A stretch of DNA of 41,162 bases from positions 1 through 41,162 of the forward strand of contig OZ260670.1 of the NCBI GenBank assembly GCA_965240325.2, in the 5' to 3' direction. Below the pieces are notes generated by a model. That model ran no database searches and had not been told where the DNA came from. It saw nothing but the letters and a program-made list of their open reading frames with translations. This DNA is from Rebecca billardiae RCC1528. Its lineage: Eukaryota; Protista; Haptophyta. Below are positions 1 to 17,345 of this stretch, one piece after another. Within the stretch, counting starts at the first letter, position 1. Each line of letters opens with the position of its first letter. Both the position numbers and the translations under genes were made by a program.

Positions 1-7525
<7,525 letters not shown>

Positions 7526-7741
7526 AAAAAAATCATTATGAAAGCGTGAGCAGTTACTAGTACGTTGTATAATTGGTGATTCCCTTCTAAAAAGGCGTTA
7601 CCTGGCTGTGACAGCTCTAGGCGGATAGCCATAGAAAAAATAAGACCGATGATGCCAGAAATAGCACCAAAAATTAAATAAAGTATTCCGATGTCTTTGT
7701 GGTTAGTACTGAATAACCAACGATTCGACCAAGAAGATATA
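7526..7741 (-). CDS. cox1: cytochrome c oxidase subunit 1, exon 2
   Basis: [12 protein letters not shown]...TAHAFIMIF. Confidence 0.96.
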
Positions 7742-8655
7742 AGTTGGATAGGTAGATCCCTCACGGGATTTTCCCCCCTTAAGATCCGTACGTGAGACTT
7801 TCACCTCATACGGCTCCGACCCAAAGACTTGGTCGATTAGTCGGCAGCAATAATACCTTCTATCTTCCAAGCGGCCCTTAATGCTTCCTTTTTAGAGTGA
7901 GTAGCCTCAGCGTGGCAAGACTCAAAAAGTTTTTTTTTCCTCACAAGTAAAAAGTCATTTGCATTAAAAGCCCTAACAATCGAAAGTTGAAGTTTGCGCA
8001 AGTCAAAATGTGCCTTACGTCAATTAATAGAATCTCAGAGTAGGGATAATAGAGTTTTAACCATAAAACTGAATGGCCGCTACCCATATTAGTCTCGTAC
8101 ACTAGATAACTATTAATCCCTCTAACTCGAAGGTTTTCGCTTTGTAGCCCCATAGGCAAGTCAGCAAGCCTCTCGGCCAGGGCAAATTTTGAACCCTTAT
8201 CCTTTCGATTATAGAAAGGCATTCGCTTTTTACCCGTTCTTTTACCCAGTGTCATATAAGGTTGGATTGCTCCAACCCGAGTCCATGTGAACTGACAGTG
8301 GGCTTACCAAGTTCTACAATAGTTACCAATAAAATCCCCTTAGCTGCCCTCTTTACACCGGCGATATCGTCAAGACTAAGCAAGGGACTTCTCAGCCCTT
8401 GCTCCCATCGCGATCCCATAAAATACTAGAGTATGAGATTTCCCTATAACGATGCGTGAATTACGAGGGTTCGCTTCCGCTCAGCATAGGGATTGAGCCT
8501 CGCTCTCTAGCCCCTCCTAGTTAGAAACTAGAGCTACTTTGTCAGTAGAGCTTCACACCACCGGATTACTCCAGCCGCATGTCTACCTAGACTTATCCCA
8601 GTCAAGAAAGGATAGCAGATCTAACTACATTAACTATTGCAACTTCTTGTCGCAC
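7742..8655 (-). mobile_element. cox1 intron 1: ORF-less group IIB-like intron (copy A of 3), 914 nt
   Basis: 5' GTGCGACAAGAAG; domain V GAGCCGTATGAGGTGAAAGTCTCACGTACGGATC; near-identical to 22568..23480 and 27077..27991. Confidence 0.9.
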
Positions 8656-8672
8656 GAGAAAGTATTAGCCAT
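8656..8672 (-). CDS. cox1: cytochrome c oxidase subunit 1, exon 1 (17-nt micro-exon)
   Basis: ATG GCT AAT ACT TTC TC directly before GTGCG; joins exon 2 as [14 protein letters not shown]; five exons total 1515 nt (504 aa + stop). Confidence 0.82.
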
Positions 8673-8711
8673 GTATAAAAAATCCGAGCAAAAAGAGCCA
8701 ATATGGTTTTT

Positions 8712-8786
8712 ACGGAATGAAGGGACTTGAACCCTTGACCTACTGCTCCCAAAGCAGTCGCGCTACCGAAACTGCGCCACATTCCG
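8712..8786 (-). tRNA. trnP: tRNA-Pro(UGG)
   Basis: Cloverleaf; anticodon arm ACTGC-TTTGGGA-GCAGT. Confidence 0.95.
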
Positions 8787-8797
8787 TCTTGTTAGTA

Positions 8798-8869
8798 TAG
8801 GCCCGGTGGGGTTCGAACCCACGGCTTCCGGTTTAAAAGACCTACACTCTACCACTGAGCTACGAGCCT
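8798..8869 (-). tRNA. trnK: tRNA-Lys(UUU)
   Basis: Cloverleaf; anticodon loop CTTTTAA. Confidence 0.93.
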
Positions 8870-10370
8870 AGAAAAAAAAAAGAAATGCTTTAGGGCTGCA
8901 TGTCATAAGAAAAAGCAATCCGCAGAGGGCACTAATAAGAAAACTAGACGTTTGTGATGGTGCAGTATTCCAAAAAAAAGAGGTTTCGTCAAAAAAATGG
9001 ACTTTAATTATACGTATGTAGTAAAAACAGGCTAGCACACTTAAAAAAACAGTGATTGTTGGAGCTAGAATAAAGCCAGACTGTATAGAAGATAAAAACA
9101 TTTGGTACTTAGCAAAAAAACCAATAAATGGTGGAATACCTGCAAGTGAAAATAGAGGTATTGCAAAACCTAAACCAAGTAAGGGGTTCACCTTTATAAT
9201 ACCTACAGCCTCATAAAAAGTAGGATTCTCTAATGTAGATCCACGTTCGCGGACATTTAAAACAAATAAAAAAATACAAGCGGTCGTAAATAAGTAAACA
9301 ATAATATAAGTAAAAAGAGCTTGTACTCCAAAATCTACGGTAGAACTTAAAGCAAGCATTAAAAACCCGTTATGTCCTATTGTACTATATGCGATTAACC
9401 GCTTTAATCGTCGTTGAAAAAGAGCACCAAGGGTACCTAAAGCGACGGAAATAACAGCGCATTGCAGTAAAATGGGTTGCCAAAGAAAAGATAAAGGTAA
9501 TAAAGTGTCGAATAAGAGACGATGCACCAACAAAAATAGAGCTACTTTGGGTACTAAAGAAAAGAAAGCCGTGACTGACGTAGGTGAACCTTCGTAGACA
9601 TCAGCTACCCAAAAATGAAAAGGAGCTACGCCGAGTTTAAATAGAAAAGCTATAATGATAAATAGGGCACCTAATTGTAATCCTATAGAATACGTAAAAA
9701 CGTCGTAGCTTCCCCCAAAAAGAGAAAGGTTACTGCAAAAAAGTTTTAGTTCTAAAAAGTTTAACGTGCCAGTAACACCATAAATTAAAGAAATACCAAA
9801 AAGTAAAAAACAAGAAGCAACGGCACCACTGATAAAGTACTTTACTCCAGCCTCAATAGCATAATCGGATGTTCTTCTAAAGCAGGCAAGCACATAAAAA
9901 GTGAGACCTTGTAATTCAACGCACAAGAAAAGTGATAGAAAGTCCGAAACTCCTGTAAGGAAAATTAAACTAGATATCGCAATTAAGATGCAACAACAAA
10001 ACTCATTGGAAGCTTCTGGAAATTCTTTAAAAAAAGAAAGAGTAATAACAAAAAAGAGTAAAGAGCTTATTAAAGTAAAGAATCTACCAAAAAGAGATAA
10101 AGAATCAGAAAGGTAGCTACTTGAAAAAGAAAACCAAAAAGACGAAGGAAGTTCGCAGAAGAAACAAATAAATAGACTTAAGAGTAATATTAAAATAGCG
10201 GACCATTTAGTAGCATTACTAAAACTAAAGAATCCAAGAGTTCTCTGGTTTTGAAGCAAAAGGACCCAAATCAACAAAGCTACCGTGGCTGTGACAAGAA
10301 AAAGTTCAAGAGCTAGGGAATGCTCAAATCCCAAAAAAGAAAAATAAAAATCTTGACTGTGTAAAATCAC
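8868..10370 (-). CDS. nad2: NADH dehydrogenase subunit 2 (GTG start)
   Basis: ELQGL, EAGVKYF, FKLGVAPFHFW, LAGIPPFIGFFAK motifs. Confidence 0.96.
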   Translation of the reverse strand: MILHSQDFYFSFLGFEHSLALELFLVTATVALLIWVLLLQNQRTLGFFSFSNATKWSAILILLLSLFICFFCELPSSFWFSFSSSYLSDSLSLFGRFFTLISSLLFFVITLSFFKEFPEASNEFCCCILIAISSLIFLTGVSDFLSLFLCVELQGLTFYVLACFRRTSDYAIEAGVKYFISGAVASCFLLFGISLIYGVTGTLNFLELKLFCSNLSLFGGSYDVFTYSIGLQLGALFIIIAFLFKLGVAPFHFWVADVYEGSPTSVTAFFSLVPKVALFLLVHRLLFDTLLPLSFLWQPILLQCAVISVALGTLGALFQRRLKRLIAYSTIGHNGFLMLALSSTVDFGVQALFTYIIVYLFTTACIFLFVLNVRERGSTLENPTFYEAVGIIKVNPLLGLGFAIPLFSLAGIPPFIGFFAKYQMFLSSIQSGFILAPTITVFLSVLACFYYIRIIKVHFFDETSFFWNTAPSQTSSFLISALCGLLFLMTCSPKAFLFFF

Positions 10371-10388
10371 CCGAATAATTACGAAATG

Positions 10389-10796
10389 TTAAAGAATACG
10401 TGCTTTTAATGGTAACTTATGTTTTGCCTTTAAAAATACAGTGCTCACAAACTTTCTAGAATTGCCAAGTACTCTAAAAAGTACTTTTCCTGGAAGGGCT
10501 CGAAAGAGCCAAAGGTGCATACGTCCTTTTCCCTTACCCATTCGTGCTTTTTCAGGCTTTTTAGTTTTTGCAATATCTGGGAAGACGCGTAACCATAAAA
10601 AAGCACGTTTCTTTAGGCCCCGCTTTAGTACACGGCGGGTGGCTTCGAATTGACGAGAAGTAATAAAGCCCAGAGAATTTGCACAAATATCAAAAGAATA
10701 AAAGTTTTTAGACCGTTTCTTATCAGAAACAAAAGTGGGATTAACTCTCCCTTTCCTAAACTTTTTTAGTGACCTACGTGTTTTTGGAAAAAGCAT
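10389..10796 (-). CDS. rpl16: ribosomal protein L16
   Basis: MLFPK..K.RKG, QFEATRR, RVFPD..TKKP..RMGKGKG. Confidence 0.93.
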   Translation of the reverse strand: MLFPKTRRSLKKFRKGRVNPTFVSDKKRSKNFYSFDICANSLGFITSRQFEATRRVLKRGLKKRAFLWLRVFPDIAKTKKPEKARMGKGKGRMHLWLFRALPGKVLFRVLGNSRKFVSTVFLKAKHKLPLKARIL

Positions 10797-10849
10797 TTGC
10801 AAAAAGTCCGAGAGGTATGAGCAGTAAAAGGCTCGCCGCCTCCGACCTG

Positions 10850-11870
10850 GATTTGAACCCAGCTACTTTAGGAAGGCGGGGCTCTTATGTGGGCAAAGGA
10901 AAAAAGAAGAGCCTACTAAGTAAGGACTAAAGGCCACCACCAGTTTTCTTTAACGGAACTGAACTAATCTTGCGCATAGCACTAGACATGGTCCTAACCC
11001 GCTGTGGCTCACGAAAGTCGCGCAATGTGAACCTTCTCCCTAAGAAACAGACACCATTTTTCGCGCCCGCGTCCTTAATATAGAAGGTACCGACAATACC
11101 CGATAGCAAAAGAAAGCAGCGAATTTCCTCCAGGAGTTGAACAGTGGATGCTTCGGAACTATTAACTCCTATCAGAACAGACCGCCCACACCGTACATAG
11201 TAAATACGGCTACCTGCGTCTGAATGTAGGGTAGTAGGAACTTTTAGCTTAAGCGTTCCTAGGCGAAGAAGGTCTAAGCGCAGATGCTCTTTTGCCTCTG
11301 CGCAACCAGAGCTTTCCAATTCCTTTAGTTTGCGGATCTCCCGCGTTACATTAATATACGCGGGATTGTCTATTCGATAAGTACCACTTTTTTCTAGAAT
11401 TTTCTTTTTTCAGCGAGAAAAAGGTCAAAGGTAGAAAAAAAGCTAAATAGGGTCGAGAACAAACCTCGGAAAGCAGGATACCCTTGCTGTGTTTTAAGGT
11501 ACTCAAGAAGACAAAAAAAATCAAAAAAGGTAGTGGAGTCCGCATGACGGGAAATAAGATGTATTAAAGTAGTATTGTCCGGTTCGATAGGCTCGAGATC
11601 CCCAACAATAAACCAACGTATTCCCGTCCAGCTATGGATACCATCAAATGTACGTGATTTCCTCTTCTGAGCGAGGCAACTAGGACAACCAAATGAAATT
11701 ACAAGTAAGTTAAAAACCCGCTCAAGACGAATTGACAGCATTTTTAAACGATCAAAGTGAGCAGTGTTAAAAGAGGAAAAGCGCCTTAGCGAAAAATGAA
11801 ATTTTTTTAGTGACCTACGTGCTTGTAGTGAAAGGCGTCTGTAAGAAATCCGAGGAACCTGAGATAAAAA
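10850..11870 (-). pseudogene. Free-standing degenerate group II intron RT/maturase relic (RT domains ~1-7, start of X), frameshifted
   Basis: ORFs 11394..11939 and 10927..11409 align colinearly with the intron 2 protein: WTGIRWFIVGDL~[12 protein letters not shown]; GYPAFRGLFSTL..FDLF~[16 protein letters not shown]; RIYYVRCGRSVLIGVN~[16 protein letters not shown]; VCFLG~VLFLG. Confidence 0.8.
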
Positions 11871-11881
11871 GAGGCTTGCCG

Positions 11882-11953
11882 CTCTCCAGGCTGGAATTGA
11901 ACCAGCGACCTTGCGGTTAACAGCCGAATGCTCTACCACTGAGCTACTGAAGA
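11882..11953 (-). tRNA. trnN: tRNA-Asn(GUU)
   Basis: Cloverleaf; anticodon loop CTGTTAA. Confidence 0.95.
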
Positions 11954-11970
11954 GGGCAAAAAACCAAATA

Positions 11971-12510
11971 TTAAATACTTAAAGCTTTGGAAACAGAAAG
12001 GAGAGAACCTACTGAGTATGGACTCGACGAAGAAAAGATTGAATTAACGTGTTTTTTAGAAAGAATAGAAAAAATAAGTTCCGAAGAATACGCAAAGTTG
12101 CTCAATGAAGAAGACATAGATAACGCAGAAAGAGCAGAGTTATAAAAACGGAATTTACGAACGTAGGAATGTAGAACAGAGAGCAAGCTCTTTTGAAGAA
12201 TAACGGCCTTAAATACTTGAAGAAGTAATGTAACATGAGACACTGTATTAAATCCTATTTTTTTTGACGAAACCAAAGAAGTAATAGAAATTTTAGTTTG
12301 CTGGGCTGAGACAACAAACTCTTTTTCAAAATCGAGCCCCATGCTTTCAAAAGTGTTACCTAAGGCTTTTCCGCCAGAAGAGGCAACAGCGTTAAAAAAT
12401 ACGAAGAAACAAACAAAAAGAAAAACCTCCTCATTGTAAACAATAAACTCAGTTAAACTTAAAACAAGAATAACAATAGCACCAAAAAATTTAATATTTA
12501 TAGCTGACAT
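11971..12510 (-). CDS. atp4: ATP synthase subunit b (atp4/ymf39)
   Basis: N-terminal TM segment with IVYNEE motif followed by CFFVF; ~180 aa. Confidence 0.85.
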   Translation of the reverse strand: MSAINIKFFGAIVILVLSLTEFIVYNEEVFLFVCFFVFFNAVASSGGKALGNTFESMGLDFEKEFVVSAQQTKISITSLVSSKKIGFNTVSHVTLLLQVFKAVILQKSLLSVLHSYVRKFRFYNSALSALSMSSSLSNFAYSSELIFSILSKKHVNSIFSSSSPYSVGSLLSVSKALSI

Positions 12511-12528
12511 TTTAAAGCGAGATAATTC

Positions 12529-12600
12529 CAAGGGTTGAGGGTATCGAACCCTCGTTTCTGGTTTTGGAGACCAACGTTACTACCACTAAACTAAACCCTT
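12529..12600 (-). tRNA. trnW: tRNA-Trp(CCA)
   Basis: Anticodon loop CTCCAAA. Confidence 0.93.
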
Positions 12601-12607
12601 AGAAGGT

Positions 12608-12680
12608 ACCCTTTGCTGAGGCTCGAACTCAGGTTCTTCTGCGTATGAGACAGATGCATGAACCACAATGCTTCAAAGGG
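12608..12680 (-). tRNA. trnM: tRNA-Met(CAU), probably elongator
   Basis: Anticodon arm TCTGT-CTCATAC-GCAGA. Confidence 0.85.
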
Positions 12681-12686
12681 GCAAAA

Positions 12687-12759
12687 TGCCAAGAGACAGA
12701 ATCGAACTGTCGACACAAGGATTTTCAGTCCTTCGCTCTACCGACTGAGCTATCTTAGC
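12687..12759 (-). tRNA. trnF: tRNA-Phe(GAA)
   Basis: Anticodon loop CTGAAAA. Confidence 0.96.
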
Positions 12760-12761
12760 AA

Positions 12762-12832
12762 AGCGAGTAGCGGGAATCGAACCCGCAGCGCAAGCTTGGA
12801 AGGCTAGCGATTTACCTTTAATCGATACTCGC
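12762..12832 (-). tRNA. trnG: tRNA-Gly(UCC)
   Basis: GCG acceptor start; anticodon loop CTTCCAA. Confidence 0.94.
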
Positions 12833-12878
12833 AACGGTAAATTTAAATTAAAAAAGCAGAGAGAGCTAAAGAATTGAA

Positions 12879-12950
12879 CATACCTTATAGGATTCGAACC
12901 TACGGCCACCAGCTTAGAAGGCAGGTGCTCTACCGCTGAGCTAAAGGTAT
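12879..12950 (-). tRNA. trnR: tRNA-Arg(UCU)
   Basis: Anticodon loop CTTCTAA. Confidence 0.93.
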
Positions 12951-12962
12951 TTTATGCCTAAG

Positions 12963-13037
12963 GGTGAAAGAGGGGATTCGAACCCCTAATCTTTGGTACC
13001 ACAAACCAATGCTTTAACCGATTAAGCCACATTCACC
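12963..13037 (-). tRNA. trnH: tRNA-His(GUG)
   Basis: Anticodon loop TTGTGGT; encoded G-1. Confidence 0.94.
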
Positions 13038-13048
13038 TTCTTAAACTA

Positions 13049-13132
13049 AGAAAAAGGTAGGATTTGAACCTACGAACCTATAAGAGGAACAAGTTTACAG
13101 CCTGCCACTTTTGACCACTCAGTCACTTTTTC
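13049..13132 (-). tRNA. trnY: tRNA-Tyr(GUA)
   Basis: Anticodon loop CTGTAAA; long variable arm. Confidence 0.94.
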
Positions 13133-13134
13133 AT

Positions 13135-13206
13135 TGGAGATAGCCGGACTTGAACCAGCGACCTTCTGTATGCAAAACAGAAGCTCTACCACTGAGCTAT
13201 ATCCCC
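13135..13206 (-). tRNA. trnA: tRNA-Ala(UGC)
   Basis: GGGGATA acceptor with G3:U70; loop TTTGCAT. Confidence 0.96.
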
Positions 13207-13211
13207 GAAAC

Positions 13212-13284
13212 TAGGGATGGAAGGGTTTGAACCTTCGATGCCGGCGTCAAAGGCCGGAGCTTTGACCTACTTAGCTACACCCCT
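13212..13284 (-). tRNA. trnQ: tRNA-Gln(UUG)
   Basis: Anticodon arm CCGGC-CTTTGAC-GCCGG. Confidence 0.93.
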
Positions 13285-13334
13285 TAAATCTTTTTGGGTC
13301 ATAAATACTTCAAGACAAACGTCAAATTAGAGAT

Positions 13335-13712
13335 TTAGCTCTTGTGACGCAAGTATAAATTAAGTCGACGGGTAGAAACTTTGATAGGACTCACATTTTG
13401 AAGCTCCTGGTGAAAGCACCAACGAACAATACCTAGAGAAGCGGAACCCTCTTTAGAAATTTTTTTTTCAAAAGGCAAAGAAATAAAAGTTCGAACTAAT
13501 GAAAAAAACTCTAAGTGAGAACCACGTACAGAACTTTCTTCTGTATGTAGCGTTAAACCTTCGCTAGATTTTTTAAGTACACGTTTTCTCACTTTTAAGA
13601 TAGTAGCAACAGCAGGTAAAATATAACGTAAATTTATAAAATAAAAGAGAGTAAATAAAAAAAGTACCCAAAAAACTTGTGAGAAAAACGAAAAATGGTC
13701 TAGTTGTGGCAT
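13335..13712 (-). CDS. atp8: ATP synthase subunit 8
   Basis: MPQLD..F.SQ.FW N-terminus; LP..ILKVRK. Confidence 0.93.
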   Translation of the reverse strand: MPQLDHFSFFSQVFWVLFLFTLFYFINLRYILPAVATILKVRKRVLKKSSEGLTLHTEESSVRGSHLEFFSLVRTFISLPFEKKISKEGSASLGIVRWCFHQELQNVSPIKVSTRRLNLYLRHKS

Positions 13713-13733
13713 ATTATAATTACTGGACTTGAG

Positions 13734-13805
13734 TAAGCCTGGGTGGAATTGAACCACCGACTTTACCCTTATCAAGGGTACACTCTACCTCTGAGTTACA
13801 AGCTT
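13734..13805 (-). tRNA. trnI: tRNA-Ile(GAU)
   Basis: Anticodon arm TACCC-TTGATAA-GGGTA. Confidence 0.95.
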
Positions 13806-13844
13806 AATACAACCTCTTCTGCAGAGGCTGAAACATAAAATAAG

Positions 13845-14606
13845 TTATATCTGTGAAAGAACCCATGAAACGTATTTGTCTAAAGAAACAGACTCTACAA
13901 CAATAGGCATAAACCCGTGATTTACACCACAAATTTCGCTACATTGCCCATAAAAAACTCCTTCTCTGTTAAAAAAAACGGATGTTTGGTTTAGTCGACC
14001 AGGACAAGCATCCATTTTCACCCCTAAAGAAGGTACGGCCCAGCTATGTAGAACATCTGCAGCGGTAACAAGAATTCGGATATGTGTACGGCTGGGTAGT
14101 ATTACCCGATTATCTACTTCTAATAAACGAAGCTCTCCTTCACTGAGATCGTCCTCAGGAACCATATAACTATCGAAAGCTAAAGTTTCGATGCCCTCCC
14201 CACTAACAAAGTCGGAGTACTCATAAGCCCAGAACCATTGATTACCTATACATTTTATAGTCATTGCAGGGTCAACAATTTCATCTATAGAGTAAAGTAG
14301 CGCAAAAGAGGGAATAGCTATAATAACTAAAATTAAACTAGGAGTTACTGTCCAGATAATTTCAATAAGCGTACCGTGTACTACGCCAGCGTCAGAAGGC
14401 TCCGAGTAAGAAAGGTGATTAGCTCTAGAGTAAGTAATTAAAGCCCAAGATAAAGAGACAAGAACAAAAAAACAAATAAAAACTAAAAAAAACATAAGGT
14501 CGTGGTGTAGGTTGATAATACCTTCCATCACAGGTGTAGCGGCGTCCTGAAAGCCAAATTGCCAAGGAGTTGACGAATCAAAAAAGTTTAAAAAGCTAAA
14601 AATCAT
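13845..14606 (-). CDS. cox2: cytochrome c oxidase subunit 2
   Basis: [25 protein letters not shown] CuA motif. Confidence 0.98.
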   Translation of the reverse strand: MIFSFLNFFDSSTPWQFGFQDAATPVMEGIINLHHDLMFFLVFICFFVLVSLSWALITYSRANHLSYSEPSDAGVVHGTLIEIIWTVTPSLILVIIAIPSFALLYSIDEIVDPAMTIKCIGNQWFWAYEYSDFVSGEGIETLAFDSYMVPEDDLSEGELRLLEVDNRVILPSRTHIRILVTAADVLHSWAVPSLGVKMDACPGRLNQTSVFFNREGVFYGQCSEICGVNHGFMPIVVESVSLDKYVSWVLSQI

Positions 14607-14621
14607 AAATGTGAAAAATTT

Positions 14622-14693
14622 TTGGCAATAAAGGATTTGAACCTTTGACCTTTTCGGTGTAAACGAAAAGCTCTACCGCTGAGCTAATTGCCA
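14622..14693 (-). tRNA. trnV: tRNA-Val(UAC)
   Basis: Anticodon loop TTTACAC. Confidence 0.95.
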
Positions 14694-14737
14694 AAAAAGA
14701 ATAAGCGCAGATTTTCATGAGAGAACCTAATTTTAAA

Positions 14738-16238
14738 ATTTACTTGCTCCACACCACGTTCCCGTAGCATGACTTTGTTACAACTTAATAGTAATAATCG
14801 GCACTATATACGAAACTGTAAAATACAGACGTAAAAGAACAAAAAGCCTTTGTGTAACTTTTTTGTCTATATTAAATAGCAATTTCTTGCAATAAAGCCA
14901 ACTTTCACCACTTGATGGGCGATATGTACAAAATGGGTTTTAATATTCACCGTGACGCGCTGAAGCACGATTACTAGCGATTCCAACTTCAATTTTTCGA
15001 GTTGCAGAAAAACATCCGTACTTAAAAAGAATTTTTACTGATTAGCTTAAATTTTGTATTTTTGCAACTTTTTGTGACTCTCATTGTAGCACACGAGTAG
15101 CCCTTTACATAGAGGCCATAAAGATTTAGACGTTATCCCCACCTTCCTTGTAGTTTCCTACACCGTAAAACTTAAAAAAAAAATTTAGAGGGTTTCGTTC
15201 GTTGAAAGGATTTAACCTAACACTTCACAGCACGAACTGACGACAACCATGCAGCACCTGCAAAATAGTACTTGTTTTTTCCTTGAAAAAAGAGAAAAGC
15301 CTATAAAAATAAGTCAAATAAAGGTAAGGTTTGCGCGTATTGTCGCATTAAACCGCATGCTCCACCGCATTTTCCCACTCCCGCCAATTTCTTTAAGTTT
15401 CAACCTTGCGGTCATAGTCCTCAGGTGAGATACTTTACGCGTTAGCTTAGCTACTTGAAAAGATATTCCAAGAGCGAGTATCCATCGTTGACGGTGTGAA
15501 CTACAGGGGTATCTAATCCCTTTTGATCCTCACACTTTCGCACTACAACGTCAGTTTTGTACCAGACAACCGCTTTCGCCTCCGGTATTCTTTCTTGTGT
15601 CAAAGCATTTCATCGCTACACAAAAAATTCTGTTGTCCTTTTCCAAACTCAAGAGCTTTTCAACACCCAAACCTTTACGAAAGGAGCTTCCGCATTTTCA
15701 GTTTGACTTAAAAAAGCAGTCTAACATGCACTTTACACCCAGTAAAACCGAGTAACGCTAGCCCTCCTCGTATTACCGCGGCTGCTGGCACGAGCATTCG
15801 CCAGGACTCTACAAATTAAAAAATCAAAATTTTTTTAAACGTAAAAACTTTACAGGAAAACCCCTTCATCATTTACAAGCCGTAGCTGGATCAAGCTTTC
15901 GCTCATTGTCCAATTTTCTGTACTGCTGGCTTTTAAAAAAGCTCGGGCCTTTTTTCAGTCCCGACGTGGCTGTTCGTTCTCTAAAACCAGCTAAAGATCA
16001 TAGGCTTGGTGGGCTGCATTTATATCTACCAACAACCTAATCTTACACAAAAGCATCTTAAAGCGACCAAAATCTCTATAAAGTATTGAACTTATACTAA
16101 AAGGTAGCCTTTTGTGCATTACTCACTCGTACGCTACGTTTTTTAAGAAAAAAAGGGCGCCTTTTTTTTTAATACGTAAAACTAACATGTATCACCCGGC
16201 TTAAGCGTTGACTCTGAACCAGAATAAAATTCAAAAAA
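14738..16238 (-). rRNA. rns: small subunit rRNA (ends approximate)
   Basis: GTGCCAGCAGCCGCGGTAATAC, GGATTAGATACCC, CATGGTTGTCGTCAG conserved motifs. Confidence 0.96.
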
Positions 16239-16260
16239 ATAAAAGCGACTTTGCGCAAGC

Positions 16261-16569
16261 TTACCAACTAGATTTAGTAACACCATTAAGTAGACCGTAA
16301 CACGCAGAAAACCTTAATTGTATTCGAGACAAGTTAAAATCCTTGTGAAAGGATCTAGAGTTTCCTGTGATTAAGCATGCCCCAAATTTCTTGACTATAG
16401 ACGAAACTAAAGCATCTTTCTGTAGAAAAGCAATGTTTTTTCGAGGCTCAGAAAAATAGTTTGAAACCGAAATATAATTTAAAAGAATAATGCGCTTCTC
16501 TAACCTAGAAAATTTAAGAGCCCGGGACGAGCTTTTAGATAGAAGTTTTTCAGAAAGAAACGGGCGCAT
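16261..16569 (-). CDS. rps14: ribosomal protein S14
   Basis: CLITGNSRS...LSRIQLR...GLLNGVTKSSW C-terminus. Confidence 0.9.
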   Translation of the reverse strand: MRPFLSEKLLSKSSSRALKFSRLEKRIILLNYISVSNYFSEPRKNIAFLQKDALVSSIVKKFGACLITGNSRSFHKDFNLSRIQLRFSACYGLLNGVTKSSW

Positions 16570-16639
16570 AAAAAAAATTAAAGGTTTAAGAAAAAAAGGT
16601 TTTTTTTTTAAAAAGACGTTATTCATAGAGCAACACCAT

Positions 16640-16999
16640 TTATAAGACAACTTTAGAAAGAAAAAGAATACGTAATAAAGAACGAGATCGAAGAGTACTA
16701 GAAACTGGTCCAGTTAAACGTTTACCTATAGGGAACCCTTGAGCTTTTACAAGAACAGCTGCATTTGAGCTAAAACTAACAGAAGATCCATCACAATATC
16801 TAATAGGTTTTTTAACACGAACAATTATAGCTGAAACAAGCTCTCCTTTTTTGAATTTTGAAAAAGGAGTAGTCGAACGAACACTCAAAAGAACGGAATC
16901 TCCAGGCTTTCCAAGAGAACCTACAGGAGTCGAAATACAGCGTGCTTTAATCACACCAGAATTATCAGCAATAGCTAGGATACTTTCTTTTTGAACCAC
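16640..16999 (-). CDS. rpl14: ribosomal protein L14 (GTG start)
   Basis: ADNSG..CI, A.IVR.KK..DG..F..NAAVL, GPV. Confidence 0.94.
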   Translation of the reverse strand: MVQKESILAIADNSGVIKARCISTPVGSLGKPGDSVLLSVRSTTPFSKFKKGELVSAIIVRVKKPIRYCDGSSVSFSSNAAVLVKAQGFPIGKRLTGPVSSTLRSRSLLRILFLSKVVL

Positions 17000-17014
17000 A
17001 AGTATTTACTATCT

Positions 17015-17317
17015 TTAACCTTTTAAAAGGCTCAACCGTTCGACACTTAGAGTATTTTGTGTACGATAAAAAACTACAAGGATCGCTAGACCTATAGCGG
17101 ACTCTGCGGCAGCAACAGTTAAAATAAAAATTGAAAATATTTGACCCATACGATCGCCCATAAAAATAGAAAATAATATAAAATTAAAGTTAACTGCAAG
17201 AAGCATGAGCTCAATAGACATGAGCATTATCAGTATATTACGGCGGTTTAGAAAAATACCAACAAGGCCGCTAAAGAAAAGAAGTAGAGGTAGACTAATG
17301 TGTGTACTAAAATCCAC
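17015..17317 (-). CDS. nad4L: NADH dehydrogenase subunit 4L (GTG start; TTG at 17329 is an alternative)
   Basis: [28 protein letters not shown]. Confidence 0.95.
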   Translation of the reverse strand: MDFSTHISLPLLLFFSGLVGIFLNRRNILIMLMSIELMLLAVNFNFILFSIFMGDRMGQIFSIFILTVAAAESAIGLAILVVFYRTQNTLSVERLSLLKG

Positions 17318-17345
17318 GGGCTTAATCAAAAAAAATTTTAGAATT

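Noticed and set aside
7941-8255. Similar small ORFs (MTLGKRTGKKRMPF...) at 7941, 22846 and 27396
   Set aside because: They lie inside the three paralogous introns, have different stop positions and show no RT motifs; the similarity follows from the duplication
10825-10915. tRNA/tmRNA/RNase P-like element (GGTTCAAATCC T-loop-like, GC hairpin)
   Set aside because: No proper acceptor/D/anticodon arms or P4 pairing; better explained as the decayed start of domain X of the RT relic (SWVQI ~ SWINL)
11394-11939. 181-aa ORF first read as divergent rpl5 (FDG motif)
   Set aside because: It aligns much better with RT domains 2-4 of the intron 2 protein, and its N-terminus is just trnN read through
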